In this document: positions 9,382 through 22,814 of the stretch, in pieces | Layout of the letters: each line of letters starts with the position of its first letter | How positions within the stretch are numbered: the first letter of the stretch is position 1 | Source of the DNA: Macrostomum lignano | Taxonomy: Eukaryota | Reading direction: 5' to 3' | Length of the DNA: 56,253 bases | Assembly (NCBI GenBank): GCA_002269645.1 | Contig: NIVC01003578.1 | Span: 1 to 56,253, forward strand | Made by a program: the position numbers and the translations under genes | Notes under the pieces: generated by a model | The model's input: the letters and a program-made list of their open reading frames with translations, nothing else | Told to the model about the DNA's origin: nothing | The model's database searches: none

Positions 9382-12300
9382 CATAACATTTATATTTTGT
9401 GAGTGTCGGGGTGAACTCGGGGCACTCGTCGCATATGCTCATACCAGATCGATATGACAAATTGTTCTCCAAGTTGCACTGTATGCATTCGGTAGCCCGC
9501 TGAATACTGGATCGCGTGCCAGGGGGGCAGGGCGTGCAGGTGCTACTACCAGTTTTGTTCGTGAAGTAGCCAGGGAAACAATCAAAGCATTTGTCTGAAC
9601 CAGGGCTTGGCGCGTATTGCCCTACCCGGCAAAGACTGCAACGCGTAGAGCCAGGCTCCTCAGCCACGCTGCCAGGGGGCACATCGTGCAGCTAGAGGTG
9701 CCCTCCCGATCTGCAAAAGTGCCCCCGAACATTGAATGCAGTGCCTTGATCCAGCAGGCGAAAAATGACCCTTGGGGCACAAGCGGCAGGACAAAGCACC
9801 CGAACGGCTCCAGCTGCCTGCATTGCATAACTCGCACAAAGAGGCACCGCTATGGCCGCTGTATCTGCCAGGCGGACAAGGTTTGCACTCACTTGAGCCG
9901 TTAGAATTAGCAAAAGTTCCAGGAGAACATCGCCTGCAAGAAGAAGATCCAGCAGACGAGGAAAATGATCCAGGGATGCAGGCAGTACACGCACTTGAAC
10001 CAAGTCCACTCCAGGTGCCTACGGGACAAGGATTATAGGAGGTCGAACCGACTCCATTTATAAAATAGCCAGCAGGACTAGGGGTGCATTCTATTGAATT
10101 CAAAGTCGAAGAAAAATATCCAGCAGGACACTTGGTGCATTCCTTGGACCCCTTCTTGTTGGCGAAGCTACCCGGTGGACACTTAGTGCAGGCGCTTAAC
10201 CCGGCTCGGTCAGCAATGCTTCCTGCCGGGCACTGGGTGCATGCCGAAGAGCCGACAGTTGAGATTGTTCCAGGCTCGCAGTTCGTACACGCGGCCGCGC
10301 CTTTACCGCTCCACGTGCCTGCAGGACACGGTTTAGCGCTTGTCGAGCCAGTCTTGTCGACGAATGATCCCGGTGGACTCGGTGTACACTTGCTAGATCC
10401 GGCGATCGCAAACGTTCCCGCCTTGCACTTGGTCGGCTCGGAGGCGCCGTTGGTACACACGCTTCCAGCAGGACACTTGGTGCATTCCTTGGACCCCTTC
10501 TTGTTGGCGAAGCTACCCGGTGGACACTTAGTGCAGGCGCTTAACCCGGCTCGGTCAGCAATGCTTCCTGCCGGGCACTGGGTGCATGCCGAAGAGCCGA
10601 CAGTTGAGATTGTTCCAGGCTCGCAGTTCGTACACGCGGCCGCGCCTTTACCGCTCCACGTGCCTGCAGGACACGGTTTAGCGCTTGTCGAGCCAGTCTT
10701 GTCGACGAATGATCCCGGTGGACTCGGTGTACACTTGCTAGATCCGGCGATCGCAAACGTTCCCGCCTTGCACTTGGTCGGCTCGGAGGCGCCGTTGGTA
10801 CACACGCTTCCAGCAGGACACTTGGTGCATTCCTTGGACCCCTTCTTGTTGGCGAAGCTACCCGGTGGACACTTAGTGCAGGCGCTTAACCCGGCTCGGT
10901 CAGCAATGCTTCCTGCCGGGCACTGGGTGCATGCCGAAGAGCCGACAGTTGAGATTGTTCCAGGCTCGCAGTTCGTACACGCGGCCGCGCCTTTACCGCT
11001 CCACGTGCCTGCAGGACACGGTTTAGCGCTTGTCGAGCCAGTCTTGTCGACGAATGATCCCGGTGGACTCGGTGTACACTTGCTAGATCCGGCGATCGCA
11101 AACGTTCCCGCCTTGCACTTGGTCGGCTCGGAGGCGCCGTTGGTACACACGCTTCCAGCAGGACACTTGGTGCATTCCTTGGACCCCTTCTTGTTGGCGA
11201 AGCTACCCGGTGGACACTTAGTGCAGGCGCTTAACCCGGCTCGGTCAGCAATGCTTCCTGCCGGGCACTGGGTGCATGCCGAAGAGCCGACAGTTGAGAT
11301 TGTTCCAGGCTCGCAGTTCGTACACGCGGCCGCGCCTTTACCGCTCCACGTGCCTGCAGGACACGGTTTAGCGCTTGTCGAGCCAGTCTTGTCGACGAAT
11401 GATCCCGGTGGACTCGGTGTACACTTGCTAGATCCGGCGATCGCAAACGTTCCCGCCTTGCACTTGGTCGGCTCGGAGGCGCCGTTGGTACACACGCTTC
11501 CAGCAGGACACTTGGTGCATTCCTTGGACCCCTTCTTGTTGGCGAAGCTACCCGGTGGACACTTAGTGCAGGCGCTTAACCCGGCTCGGTCAGCAATGCT
11601 TCCTGCCGGGCACTGGGTGCATGCCGAAGAGCCGACAGTTGAGATTGTTCCAGGCTCGCAGTTCGTACACGCGGCCGCGCCTTTACCGCTCCACGTGCCT
11701 GCAGGACACGGTTTAGCGCTTGTCGAGCCAGTCTTGTCGACGAATGATCCCGGTGGACTCGGTGTACACTTGCTAGATCCGGCGATCGCAAACGTTCCCG
11801 CCTTGCACTTGGTCGGCTCGGAGGCGCCGTTGGTACACACGCTTCCAGCAGGACACTTGGTGCATTCCTTGGACCCCTTCTTGTTGGCGAAGCTACCCGG
11901 TGGACACTTAGTGCAGGCGCTTAACCCGGCTCGGTCAGCAATGCTTCCTGCCGGGCACTGGGTGCATGCCGAAGAGCCGACAGTTGAGATTGTTCCAGGC
12001 TCGCAGTTCGTACACGCGGCCGCGCCTTTACCGCTCCACGTGCCTGCAGGACACGGTTTAGCGCTTGTCGAGCCAGTCTTGTCGACGAATGATCCCGGTG
12101 GACTCGGTGTACACTTGCTAGATCCGGCGATCGCAAACGTTCCCGCCTTGCACTTGGTCGGCTCGGAGGCGCCGTTGGTACACACGCTTCCAGCAGGACA
12201 CTTGGTGCATTCCTTGGACCCCTTCTTGTTGGCGAAGCTACCCGGTGGACACTTAGTGCAGGCGCTTAACCCGGCTCGGTCAGCAATGCTTCCTGCCGGG

Positions 12301-15300
12301 CACTGGGTGCATGCCGAAGAGCCGACAGTTGAGATTGTTCCAGGCTCGCAGTTCGTACACGCGGCCGCGCCTTTACCGCTCCACGTGCCTGCAGGACACG
12401 GTTTAGCGCTTGTCGAGCCAGTCTTGTCGACGAATGATCCCGGTGGACTCGGTGTACACTTGCTAGATCCGGCGATCGCAAACGTTCCCGCCTTGCACTT
12501 GGTCGGCTCGGAGGCGCCGTTGGTACACACGCTTCCAGCAGGACACTTGGTGCATTCCTTGGACCCCTTCTTGTTGGCGAAGCTACCCGGTGGACACTTA
12601 GTGCAGGCGCTTAACCCGGCTCGGTCAGCAATGCTTCCTGCCGGGCACTGGGTGCATGCCGAAGAGCCGACAGTTGAGATTGTTCCAGGCTCGCAGTTCG
12701 TACACGCGGCCGCGCCTTTACCGCTCCACGTGCCTGCAGGACACGGTTTAGCGCTTGTCGAGCCAGTCTTGTCGACGAATGATCCCGGTGGACTCGGTGT
12801 ACACTTGCTAGATCCGGCGATCGCAAACGTTCCCGCCTTGCACTTGGTCGGCTCGGAGGCGCCGTTGGTACACACGCTTCCAGCAGGACACTTGGTGCAT
12901 TCCTTGGACCCCTTCTTGTTGGCGAAGCTACCCGGTGGACACTTAGTGCAGGCGCTTAACCCGGCTCGGTCAGCAATGCTTCCTGCCGGGCACTGGGTGC
13001 ATGCCGAAGAGCCGACAGTTGAGATTGTTCCAGGCTCGCAGTTCGTACACGCGGCCGCGCCTTTACCGCTCCACGTGCCTGCAGGACACGGTTTAGCGCT
13101 TGTCGAGCCAGTCTTGTCGACGAATGATCCCGGTGGACTCGGTGTACACTTGCTAGATCCGGCGATCGCAAACGTTCCCGCCTTGCACTTGGTCGGCTCG
13201 GAGGCGCCGTTGGTACACACGCTTCCAGCAGGACACTTGGTGCATTCCTTGGACCCCTTCTTGTTGGCGAAGCTACCCGGTGGACACTTAGTGCAGGCGC
13301 TTAACCCGGCTCGGTCAGCAATGCTTCCTGCCGGGCACTGGGTGCATGCCGAAGAGCCGACAGTTGAGATTGTTCCAGGCTCGCAGTTCGTACACGCGGC
13401 CGCGCCTTTACCGCTCCACGTGCCTGCAGGACACGGTTTAGCGCTTGTCGAGCCAGTCTTGTCGACGAATGATCCCGGTGGACTCGGTGTACACTTGCTA
13501 GATCCGGCGATCGCAAACGTTCCCGCCTTGCACTTGGTCGGCTCGGAGGCGCCGTTGGTACACACGCTTCCAGCAGGACACTTGGTGCATTCCTTGGACC
13601 CCTTCTTGTTGGCGAAGCTACCCGGTGGACACTTAGTGCAGGCGCTTAACCCGGCTCGGTCAGCAATGCTTCCTGCCGGGCACTGGGTGCATGCCGAAGA
13701 GCCGACAGTTGAGATTGTTCCAGGCTCGCAGTTCGTACACGCGGCCGCGCCTTTACCGCTCCACGTGCCTGCAGGACACGGTTTAGCGCTTGTCGAGCCA
13801 GTCTTGTCGACGAATGATCCCGGTGGACTCGGTGTACACTTGCTAGATCCGGCGATCGCAAACGTTCCCGCCTTGCACTTGGTCGGCTCGGAGGCGCCGT
13901 TGGTACACACGCTTCCAGCAGGACACTTGGTGCATTCCTTGGACCCCTTCTTGTTGGCGAAGCTACCCGGTGGACACTTAGTGCAGGCGCTTAACCCGGC
14001 TCGGTCAGCAATGCTTCCTGCCGGGCACTGGGTGCATGCCGAAGAGCCGACAGTTGAGATTGTTCCAGGCTCGCAGTTCGTACACGCGGCCGCGCCTTTA
14101 CCGCTCCACGTGCCTGCAGGACACGGTTTAGCGCTTGTCGAGCCAGTCTTGTCGACGAATGATCCCGGTGGACTCGGTGTACACTTGCTAGATCCGGCGA
14201 TCGCAAACGTTCCCGCCTTGCACTTGGTCGGCTCGGAGGCGCCGTTGGTACACACGCTTCCAGCAGGACACTTGGTGCATTCCTTGGACCCCTTCTTGTT
14301 GGCGAAGCTACCCGGTGGACACTTAGTGCAGGCGCTTAACCCGGCTCGGTCAGCAATGCTTCCTGCCGGGCACTGGGTGCATGCCGAAGAGCCGACAGTT
14401 GAGATTGTTCCAGGCTCGCAGTTCGTACACGCGGCCGCGCCTTTACCGCTCCACGTGCCTGCAGGACACGGTTTAGCGCTTGTCGAGCCAGTCTTGTCGA
14501 CGAATGATCCCGGTGGACTCGGTGTACACTTGCTAGATCCGGCGATCGCAAACGTTCCCGCCTTGCACTTGGTCGGCTCGGAGGCGCCGTTGGTACACAC
14601 GCTTCCAGCAGGACACTTGGTGCATTCCTTGGACCCCTTCTTGTTGGCGAAGCTACCCGGTGGACACTTAGTGCAGGCGCTTAACCCGGCTCGGTCAGCA
14701 ATGCTTCCTGCCGGGCACTGGGTGCATGCCGAAGAGCCGACAGTTGAGATTGTTCCAGGCTCGCAGTTCGTACACGCGGCCGCGCCTTTACCGCTCCACG
14801 TGCCTGCAGGACACGGTTTAGCGCTTGTCGAGCCAGTCTTGTCGACGAATGATCCCGGTGGACTCGGTGTACACTTGCTAGATCCGGCGATCGCAAACGT
14901 TCCCGCCTTGCACTTGGTCGGCTCGGAGGCGCCGTTGGTACACACGCTTCCAGCAGGACACTTGGTGCATTCCTTGGACCCCTTCTTGTTGGCGAAGCTA
15001 CCCGGTGGACACTTAGTGCAGGCGCTTAACCCGGCTCGGTCAGCAATGCTTCCTGCCGGGCACTGGGTGCATGCCGAAGAGCCGACAGTTGAGATTGTTC
15101 CAGGCTCGCAGTTCGTACACGCGGCCGCGCCTTTACCGCTCCACGTGCCTGCAGGACACGGTTTAGCGCTTGTCGAGCCAGTCTTGTCGACGAATGATCC
15201 CGGTGGACTCGGTGTACACTTGCTAGATCCGGCGATCGCAAACGTTCCCGCCTTGCACTTGGTCGGCTCGGAGGCGCCGTTGGTACACACGCTTCCAGCA

Positions 15301-18300
15301 GGACACTTGGTGCATTCCTTGGACCCCTTCTTGTTGGCGAAGCTACCCGGTGGACACTTAGTGCAGGCGCTTAACCCGGCTCGGTCAGCAATGCTTCCTG
15401 CCGGGCACTGGGTGCATGCCGAAGAGCCGACAGTTGAGATTGTTCCAGGCTCGCAGTTCGTACACGCGGCCGCGCCTTTACCGCTCCACGTGCCTGCAGG
15501 ACACGGTTTAGCGCTTGTCGAGCCAGTCTTGTCGACGAATGATCCCGGTGGACTCGGTGTACACTTGCTAGATCCGGCGATCGCAAACGTTCCCGCCTTG
15601 CACTTGGTCGGCTCGGAGGCGCCGTTGGTACACACGCTTCCAGCAGGACACTTGGTGCATTCCTTGGACCCCTTCTTGTTGGCGAAGCTACCCGGTGGAC
15701 ACTTAGTGCAGGCGCTTAACCCGGCTCGGTCAGCAATGCTTCCTGCCGGGCACTGGGTGCATGCCGAAGAGCCGACAGTTGAGATTGTTCCAGGCTCGCA
15801 GTTCGTACACGCGGCCGCGCCTTTACCGCTCCACGTGCCTGCAGGACACGGTTTAGCGCTTGTCGAGCCAGTCTTGTCGACGAATGATCCCGGTGGACTC
15901 GGTGTACACTTGCTAGATCCGGCGATCGCAAACGTTCCCGCCTTGCACTTGGTCGGCTCGGAGGCGCCGTTGGTACACACGCTTCCAGCAGGACACTTGG
16001 TGCATTCCTTGGACCCCTTCTTGTTGGCGAAGCTACCCGGTGGACACTTAGTGCAGGCGCTTAACCCGGCTCGGTCAGCAATGCTTCCTGCCGGGCACTG
16101 GGTGCATGCCGAAGAGCCGACAGTTGAGATTGTTCCAGGCTCGCAGTTCGTACACGCGGCCGCGCCTTTACCGCTCCACGTGCCTGCAGGACACGGTTTA
16201 GCGCTTGTCGAGCCAGTCTTGTCGACGAATGATCCCGGTGGACTCGGTGTACACTTGCTAGATCCGGCGATCGCAAACGTTCCCGCCTTGCACTTGGTCG
16301 GCTCGGAGGCGCCGTTGGTACACACGCTTCCAGCAGGACACTTGGTGCATTCCTTGGACCCCTTCTTGTTGGCGAAGCTACCCGGTGGACACTTAGTGCA
16401 GGCGCTTAACCCGGCTCGGTCAGCAATGCTTCCTGCCGGGCACTGGGTGCATGCCGAAGAGCCGACAGTTGAGATTGTTCCAGGCTCGCAGTTCGTACAC
16501 GCGGCCGCGCCTTTACCGCTCCACGTGCCTGCAGGACACGGTTTAGCGCTTGTCGAGCCAGTCTTGTCGACGAATGATCCCGGTGGACTCGGTGTACACT
16601 TGCTAGATCCGGCGATCGCAAACGTTCCCGCCTTGCACTTGGTCGGCTCGGAGGCGCCGTTGGTACACACGCTTCCAGCAGGACACTTGGTGCATTCCTT
16701 GGACCCCTTCTTGTTGGCGAAGCTACCCGGTGGACACTTAGTGCAGGCGCTTAACCCGGCTCGGTCAGCAATGCTTCCTGCCGGGCACTGGGTGCATGCC
16801 GAAGAGCCGACAGTTGAGATTGTTCCAGGCTCGCAGTTCGTACACGCGGCCGCGCCTTTACCGCTCCACGTGCCTGCAGGACACGGTTTAGCGCTTGTCG
16901 AGCCAGTCTTGTCGACGAATGATCCCGGTGGACTCGGTGTACACTTGCTAGATCCGGCGATCGCAAACGTTCCCGCCTTGCACTTGGTCGGCTCGGAGGC
17001 GCCGTTGGTACACACGCTTCCAGCAGGACACTTGGTGCATTCCTTGGACCCCTTCTTGTTGGCGAAGCTACCCGGTGGACACTTAGTGCAGGCGCTTAAC
17101 CCGGCTCGGTCAGCAATGCTTCCTGCCGGGCACTGGGTGCATGCCGAAGAGCCGACAGTTGAGATTGTTCCAGGCTCGCAGTTCGTACACGCGGCCGCGC
17201 CTTTACCGCTCCACGTGCCTGCAGGACACGGTTTAGCGCTTGTCGAGCCAGTCTTGTCGACGAATGATCCCGGTGGACTCGGTGTACACTTGCTAGATCC
17301 GGCGATCGCAAACGTTCCCGCCTTGCACTTGGTCGGCTCGGAGGCGCCGTTGGTACACACGCTTCCAGCAGGACACTTGGTGCATTCCTTGGACCCCTTC
17401 TTGTTGGCGAAGCTACCCGGTGGACACTTAGTGCAGGCGCTTAACCCGGCTCGGTCAGCAATGCTTCCTGCCGGGCACTGGGTGCATGCCGAAGAGCCGA
17501 CAGTTGAGATTGTTCCAGGCTCGCAGTTCGTACACGCGGCCGCGCCTTTACCGCTCCACGTGCCTGCAGGACACGGTTTAGCGCTTGTCGAGCCAGTCTT
17601 GTCGACGAATGATCCCGGTGGACTCGGTGTACACTTGCTAGATCCGGCGATCGCAAACGTTCCCGCCTTGCACTTGGTCGGCTCGGAGGCGCCGTTGGTA
17701 CACACGCTTCCAGCAGGACACTTGGTGCATTCCTTGGACCCCTTCTTGTTGGCGAAGCTACCCGGTGGACACTTAGTGCAGGCGCTTAACCCGGCTCGGT
17801 CAGCAATGCTTCCTGCCGGGCACTGGGTGCATGCCGAAGAGCCGACAGTTGAGATTGTTCCAGGCTCGCAGTTCGTACACGCGGCCGCGCCTTTACCGCT
17901 CCACGTGCCTGCAGGACACGGTTTAGCGCTTGTCGAGCCAGTCTTGTCGACGAATGATCCCGGTGGACTCGGTGTACACTTGCTAGATCCGGCGATCGCA
18001 AACGTTCCCGCCTTGCACTTGGTCGGCTCGGAGGCGCCGTTGGTACACACGCTTCCAGCAGGACACTTGGTGCATTCCTTGGACCCCTTCTTGTTGGCGA
18101 AGCTACCCGGTGGACACTTAGTGCAGGCGCTTAACCCGGCTCGGTCAGCAATGCTTCCTGCCGGGCACTGGGTGCATGCCGAAGAGCCGACAGTTGAGAT
18201 TGTTCCAGGCTCGCAGTTCGTACACGCGGCCGCGCCTTTACCGCTCCACGTGCCTGCAGGACACGGTTTAGCGCTTGTCGAGCCAGTCTTGTCGACGAAT

Positions 18301-21300
18301 GATCCCGGTGGACTCGGTGTACACTTGCTAGATCCGGCGATCGCAAACGTTCCCGCCTTGCACTTGGTCGGCTCGGAGGCGCCGTTGGTACACACGCTTC
18401 CAGCAGGACACTTGGTGCATTCCTTGGACCCCTTCTTGTTGGCGAAGCTACCCGGTGGACACTTAGTGCAGGCGCTTAACCCGGCTCGGTCAGCAATGCT
18501 TCCTGCCGGGCACTGGGTGCATGCCGAAGAGCCGACAGTTGAGATTGTTCCAGGCTCGCAGTTCGTACACGCGGCCGCGCCTTTACCGCTCCACGTGCCT
18601 GCAGGACACGGTTTAGCGCTTGTCGAGCCAGTCTTGTCGACGAATGATCCCGGTGGACTCGGTGTACACTTGCTAGATCCGGCGATCGCAAACGTTCCCG
18701 CCTTGCACTTGGTCGGCTCGGAGGCGCCGTTGGTACACACGCTTCCAGCAGGACACTTGGTGCATTCCTTGGACCCCTTCTTGTTGGCGAAGCTACCCGG
18801 TGGACACTTAGTGCAGGCGCTTAACCCGGCTCGGTCAGCAATGCTTCCTGCCGGGCACTGGGTGCATGCCGAAGAGCCGACAGTTGAGATTGTTCCAGGC
18901 TCGCAGTTCGTACACGCGGCCGCGCCTTTACCGCTCCACGTGCCTGCAGGACACGGTTTAGCGCTTGTCGAGCCAGTCTTGTCGACGAATGATCCCGGTG
19001 GACTCGGTGTACACTTGCTAGATCCGGCGATCGCAAACGTTCCCGCCTTGCACTTGGTCGGCTCGGAGGCGCCGTTGGTACACACGCTTCCAGCAGGACA
19101 CTTGGTGCATTCCTTGGACCCCTTCTTGTTGGCGAAGCTACCCGGTGGACACTTAGTGCAGGCGCTTAACCCGGCTCGGTCAGCAATGCTTCCTGCCGGG
19201 CACTGGGTGCATGCCGAAGAGCCGACAGTTGAGATTGTTCCAGGCTCGCAGTTCGTACACGCGGCCGCGCCTTTACCGCTCCACGTGCCTGCAGGACACG
19301 GTTTAGCGCTTGTCGAGCCAGTCTTGTCGACGAATGATCCCGGTGGACTCGGTGTACACTTGCTAGATCCGGCGATCGCAAACGTTCCCGCCTTGCACTT
19401 GGTCGGCTCGGAGGCGCCGTTGGTACACACGCTTCCAGCAGGACACTTGGTGCATTCCTTGGACCCCTTCTTGTTGGCGAAGCTACCCGGTGGACACTTA
19501 GTGCAGGCGCTTAACCCGGCTCGGTCAGCAATGCTTCCTGCCGGGCACTGGGTGCATGCCGAAGAGCCGACAGTTGAGATTGTTCCAGGCTCGCAGTTCG
19601 TACACGCGGCCGCGCCTTTACCGCTCCACGTGCCTGCAGGACACGGTTTAGCGCTTGTCGAGCCAGTCTTGTCGACGAATGATCCCGGTGGACTCGGTGT
19701 ACACTTGCTAGATCCGGCGATCGCAAACGTTCCCGCCTTGCACTTGGTCGGCTCGGAGGCGCCGTTGGTACACACGCTTCCAGCAGGACACTTGGTGCAT
19801 TCCTTGGACCCCTTCTTGTTGGCGAAGCTACCCGGTGGACACTTAGTGCAGGCGCTTAACCCGGCTCGGTCAGCAATGCTTCCTGCCGGGCACTGGGTGC
19901 ATGCCGAAGAGCCGACAGTTGAGATTGTTCCAGGCTCGCAGTTCGTACACGCGGCCGCGCCTTTACCGCTCCACGTGCCTGCAGGACACGGTTTAGCGCT
20001 TGTCGAGCCAGTCTTGTCGACGAATGATCCCGGTGGACTCGGTGTACACTTGCTAGATCCGGCGATCGCAAACGTTCCCGCCTTGCACTTGGTCGGCTCG
20101 GAGGCGCCGTTGGTACACACGCTTCCAGCAGGACACTTGGTGCATTCCTTGGACCCCTTCTTGTTGGCGAAGCTACCCGGTGGACACTTAGTGCAGGCGC
20201 TTAACCCGGCTCGGTCAGCAATGCTTCCTGCCGGGCACTGGGTGCATGCCGAAGAGCCGACAGTTGAGATTGTTCCAGGCTCGCAGTTCGTACACGCGGC
20301 CGCGCCTTTACCGCTCCACGTGCCTGCAGGACACGGTTTAGCGCTTGTCGAGCCAGTCTTGTCGACGAATGATCCCGGTGGACTCGGTGTACACTTGCTA
20401 GATCCGGCGATCGCAAACGTTCCCGCCTTGCACTTGGTCGGCTCGGAGGCGCCGTTGGTACACACGCTTCCAGCAGGACACTTGGTGCATTCCTTGGACC
20501 CCTTCTTGTTGGCGAAGCTACCCGGTGGACACTTAGTGCAGGCGCTTAACCCGGCTCGGTCAGCAATGCTTCCTGCCGGGCACTGGGTGCATGCCGAAGA
20601 GCCGACAGTTGAGATTGTTCCAGGCTCGCAGTTCGTACACGCGGCCGCGCCTTTACCGCTCCACGTGCCTGCAGGACACGGTTTAGCGCTTGTCGAGCCA
20701 GTCTTGTCGACGAATGATCCCGGTGGACTCGGTGTACACTTGCTAGATCCGGCGATCGCAAACGTTCCCGCCTTGCACTTGGTCGGCTCGGAGGCGCCGT
20801 TGGTACACACGCTTCCAGCAGGACACTTGGTGCATTCCTTGGACCCCTTCTTGTTGGCGAAGCTACCCGGTGGACACTTAGTGCAGGCGCTTAACCCGGC
20901 TCGGTCAGCAATGCTTCCTGCCGGGCACTGGGTGCATGCCGAAGAGCCGACAGTTGAGATTGTTCCAGGCTCGCAGTTCGTACACGCGGCCGCGCCTTTA
21001 CCGCTCCACGTGCCTGCAGGACACGGTTTAGCGCTTGTCGAGCCAGTCTTGTCGACGAATGATCCCGGTGGACTCGGTGTACACTTGCTAGATCCGGCGA
21101 TCGCAAACGTTCCCGCCTTGCACTTGGTCGGCTCGGAGGCGCCGTTGGTACACACGCTTCCAGCAGGACACTTGGTGCATTCCTTGGACCCCTTCTTGTT
21201 GGCGAAGCTACCCGGTGGACACTTAGTGCAGGCGCTTAACCCGGCTCGGTCAGCAATGCTTCCTGCCGGGCACTGGGTGCATGCCGTTATGCCACTCGTG

Positions 21301-21971
21301 CTGTAAGAGCTGAATGTTCCTGGGTTGCAGACAATGCAGTTTTGATTTCCTTCTTGGTATTTGTAGCTTCCAGCAGGGCATGGCACGCAGAGGTTACTTG
21401 TTGTCACGCTTTTTTGATGGCCTACGGGACACCTTGGTATACAGTCATATCTTTGGCTACCTTTTTTATCATCAAAAGTTGGTGATTTGATTTTGACGTT
21501 GCGACACTCTTTGCAGGCCATACTGTCGTATGGTTTATCGCAGTCAGTGCACTCTTTGTGACAATTAGGTTTGCAAATACCGTTTTTCAAGGTATAGTTT
21601 GCATTTTTGCATAGTTTTCTTTTTGTGACGACTAAGTTGAGAAAAGAAAAAACTTTGTAACCTTTTCTAGAGTGCATCGAAAGTCTGGACACGCGAGTTC
21701 GCTGGACTCCAGGCACCGTGCTGTTAGGAGGCTTTTCTTCGTTTAAAATATTTCGCAAAAACTGTTGCGTCACAGTTTTTGGCAGTTTGTCTTTCAAGTT
21801 GGCGAAAGTTTCACGTTTGAGCAGGGCCCCATCGGCGCCACCAGCTGCAGCGCCACCAGCTGCAGCGCCACCATCTCTTGGGTTTCGTTGCCCATATTCC
21901 GCTGTCGTCTTTCCGCTGGTGGCATCCAAGCTGAGGGTGAGCAAAATGAATGCCACTGACGCAAGTCTCAT
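9382..21971 (-). CDS. Giant secreted cysteine-rich repeat protein (signal peptide, furin-like repeat, hundreds of ephrin-receptor-like/GCC2-GCC3-type CxxCPxG repeats), exon 1
   Basis: 4119-aa ORF. ATG at 21971 starts MRLASVAFILLTLSLDATSG (signal-peptide-like); then CHKECTDCDKPYDSMACKECRN…CIPRCPVG (furin-like); then C-x2-C-P-x-G-[ST]-[FYW] repeats. Adding one G (~9724) and one C (~9678) in homopolymer runs restores the frame into ORF 9365..9682. Confidence 0.9.
10120..21286. repeat. Coding tandem array, 345-bp unit x ~32.4
   Basis: The ORF track repeats every 345 nt (10196 to 20891, 32 identical short ORFs); I saw no substitutions between units by eye. Confidence 0.97.
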
Positions 21972-22814
21972 TTTCCGCAGTTGTCGGCAGTTGCAGATTG
22001 TTCCAGTTGATCGATTCACTGTTGTGTTTCTGAAGACTGAAGTTGTTTACGAGCTAGCTTAAAGGTACCGGAAGAGAATTATGTCTTTTATTGCGAAAAG
22101 TTCTGAGCAGAAAAAAATTAAATCGAATAAATCGATTCCTACTGACTATCCCGCTAGCTGAGTTTCCTACAGCCTGTTTTTCGATTTGAATTGCAGCAAA
22201 ACTCGACAGGAATGTTGGACGCGGTCAAATTTGAAGTCGATCTGCGTTTTCTGCCGAACTTCTGTCTGCCAATAAGTTGCTTTTCCAACGTTTTTTCTTT
22301 GCTGGTTGCTATCGGAATATTTTTGAAACTTTTAAGTACAAGTTTATTGAAATTCCAAAGGTTTTTGTTTTATTTTATCATTTGTTTTAATTTTTTCTAA
22401 TTTTCGTAGATATTTTGCCTGGTATACATGTACGTACAACTTTGGTGCATTGCATGATACTGCATCGCGTGATTTTAGTAAGACCTTAGTAATTTGTAGA
22501 TTTTAGTATAAGAAAAATAATGCGTGCAGTACGGACAAATACAATCGATTTGATTTGGCTACCCATCGGTTGAGTACGTGTACTCAGAAAACTGCATAGT
22601 CCAAGAATTCGATGACATCCGTCTTTACATGCCTCTACTGCATGTGCATGTTGACGGTTGATGGCCTTGTCTTGCTCCGCAAAGCAATTCTTGCTGGACT
22701 GCATGTAACACACGATGCATTGTGGTAAATTCCTGCTAAATTTACATCCTGGTAGAACCTACGTGAAATACAGATATTGTATATTGTACTTACAGTACCC
22801 CGTATGCATTAAGC

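Noticed and set aside
10196-21106. 32 identical 71-aa minus-strand ORFs
   Set aside because: Alternative-frame by-products of the 345-bp repeat.
10084-21306. 3740-aa antisense ORF over the repeat array
   Set aside because: One stop-free antisense register in a single 345-bp unit is multiplied by the array. It has a GTG start, closes at the array edges and is simply the codon mirror of the Cys-rich frame.
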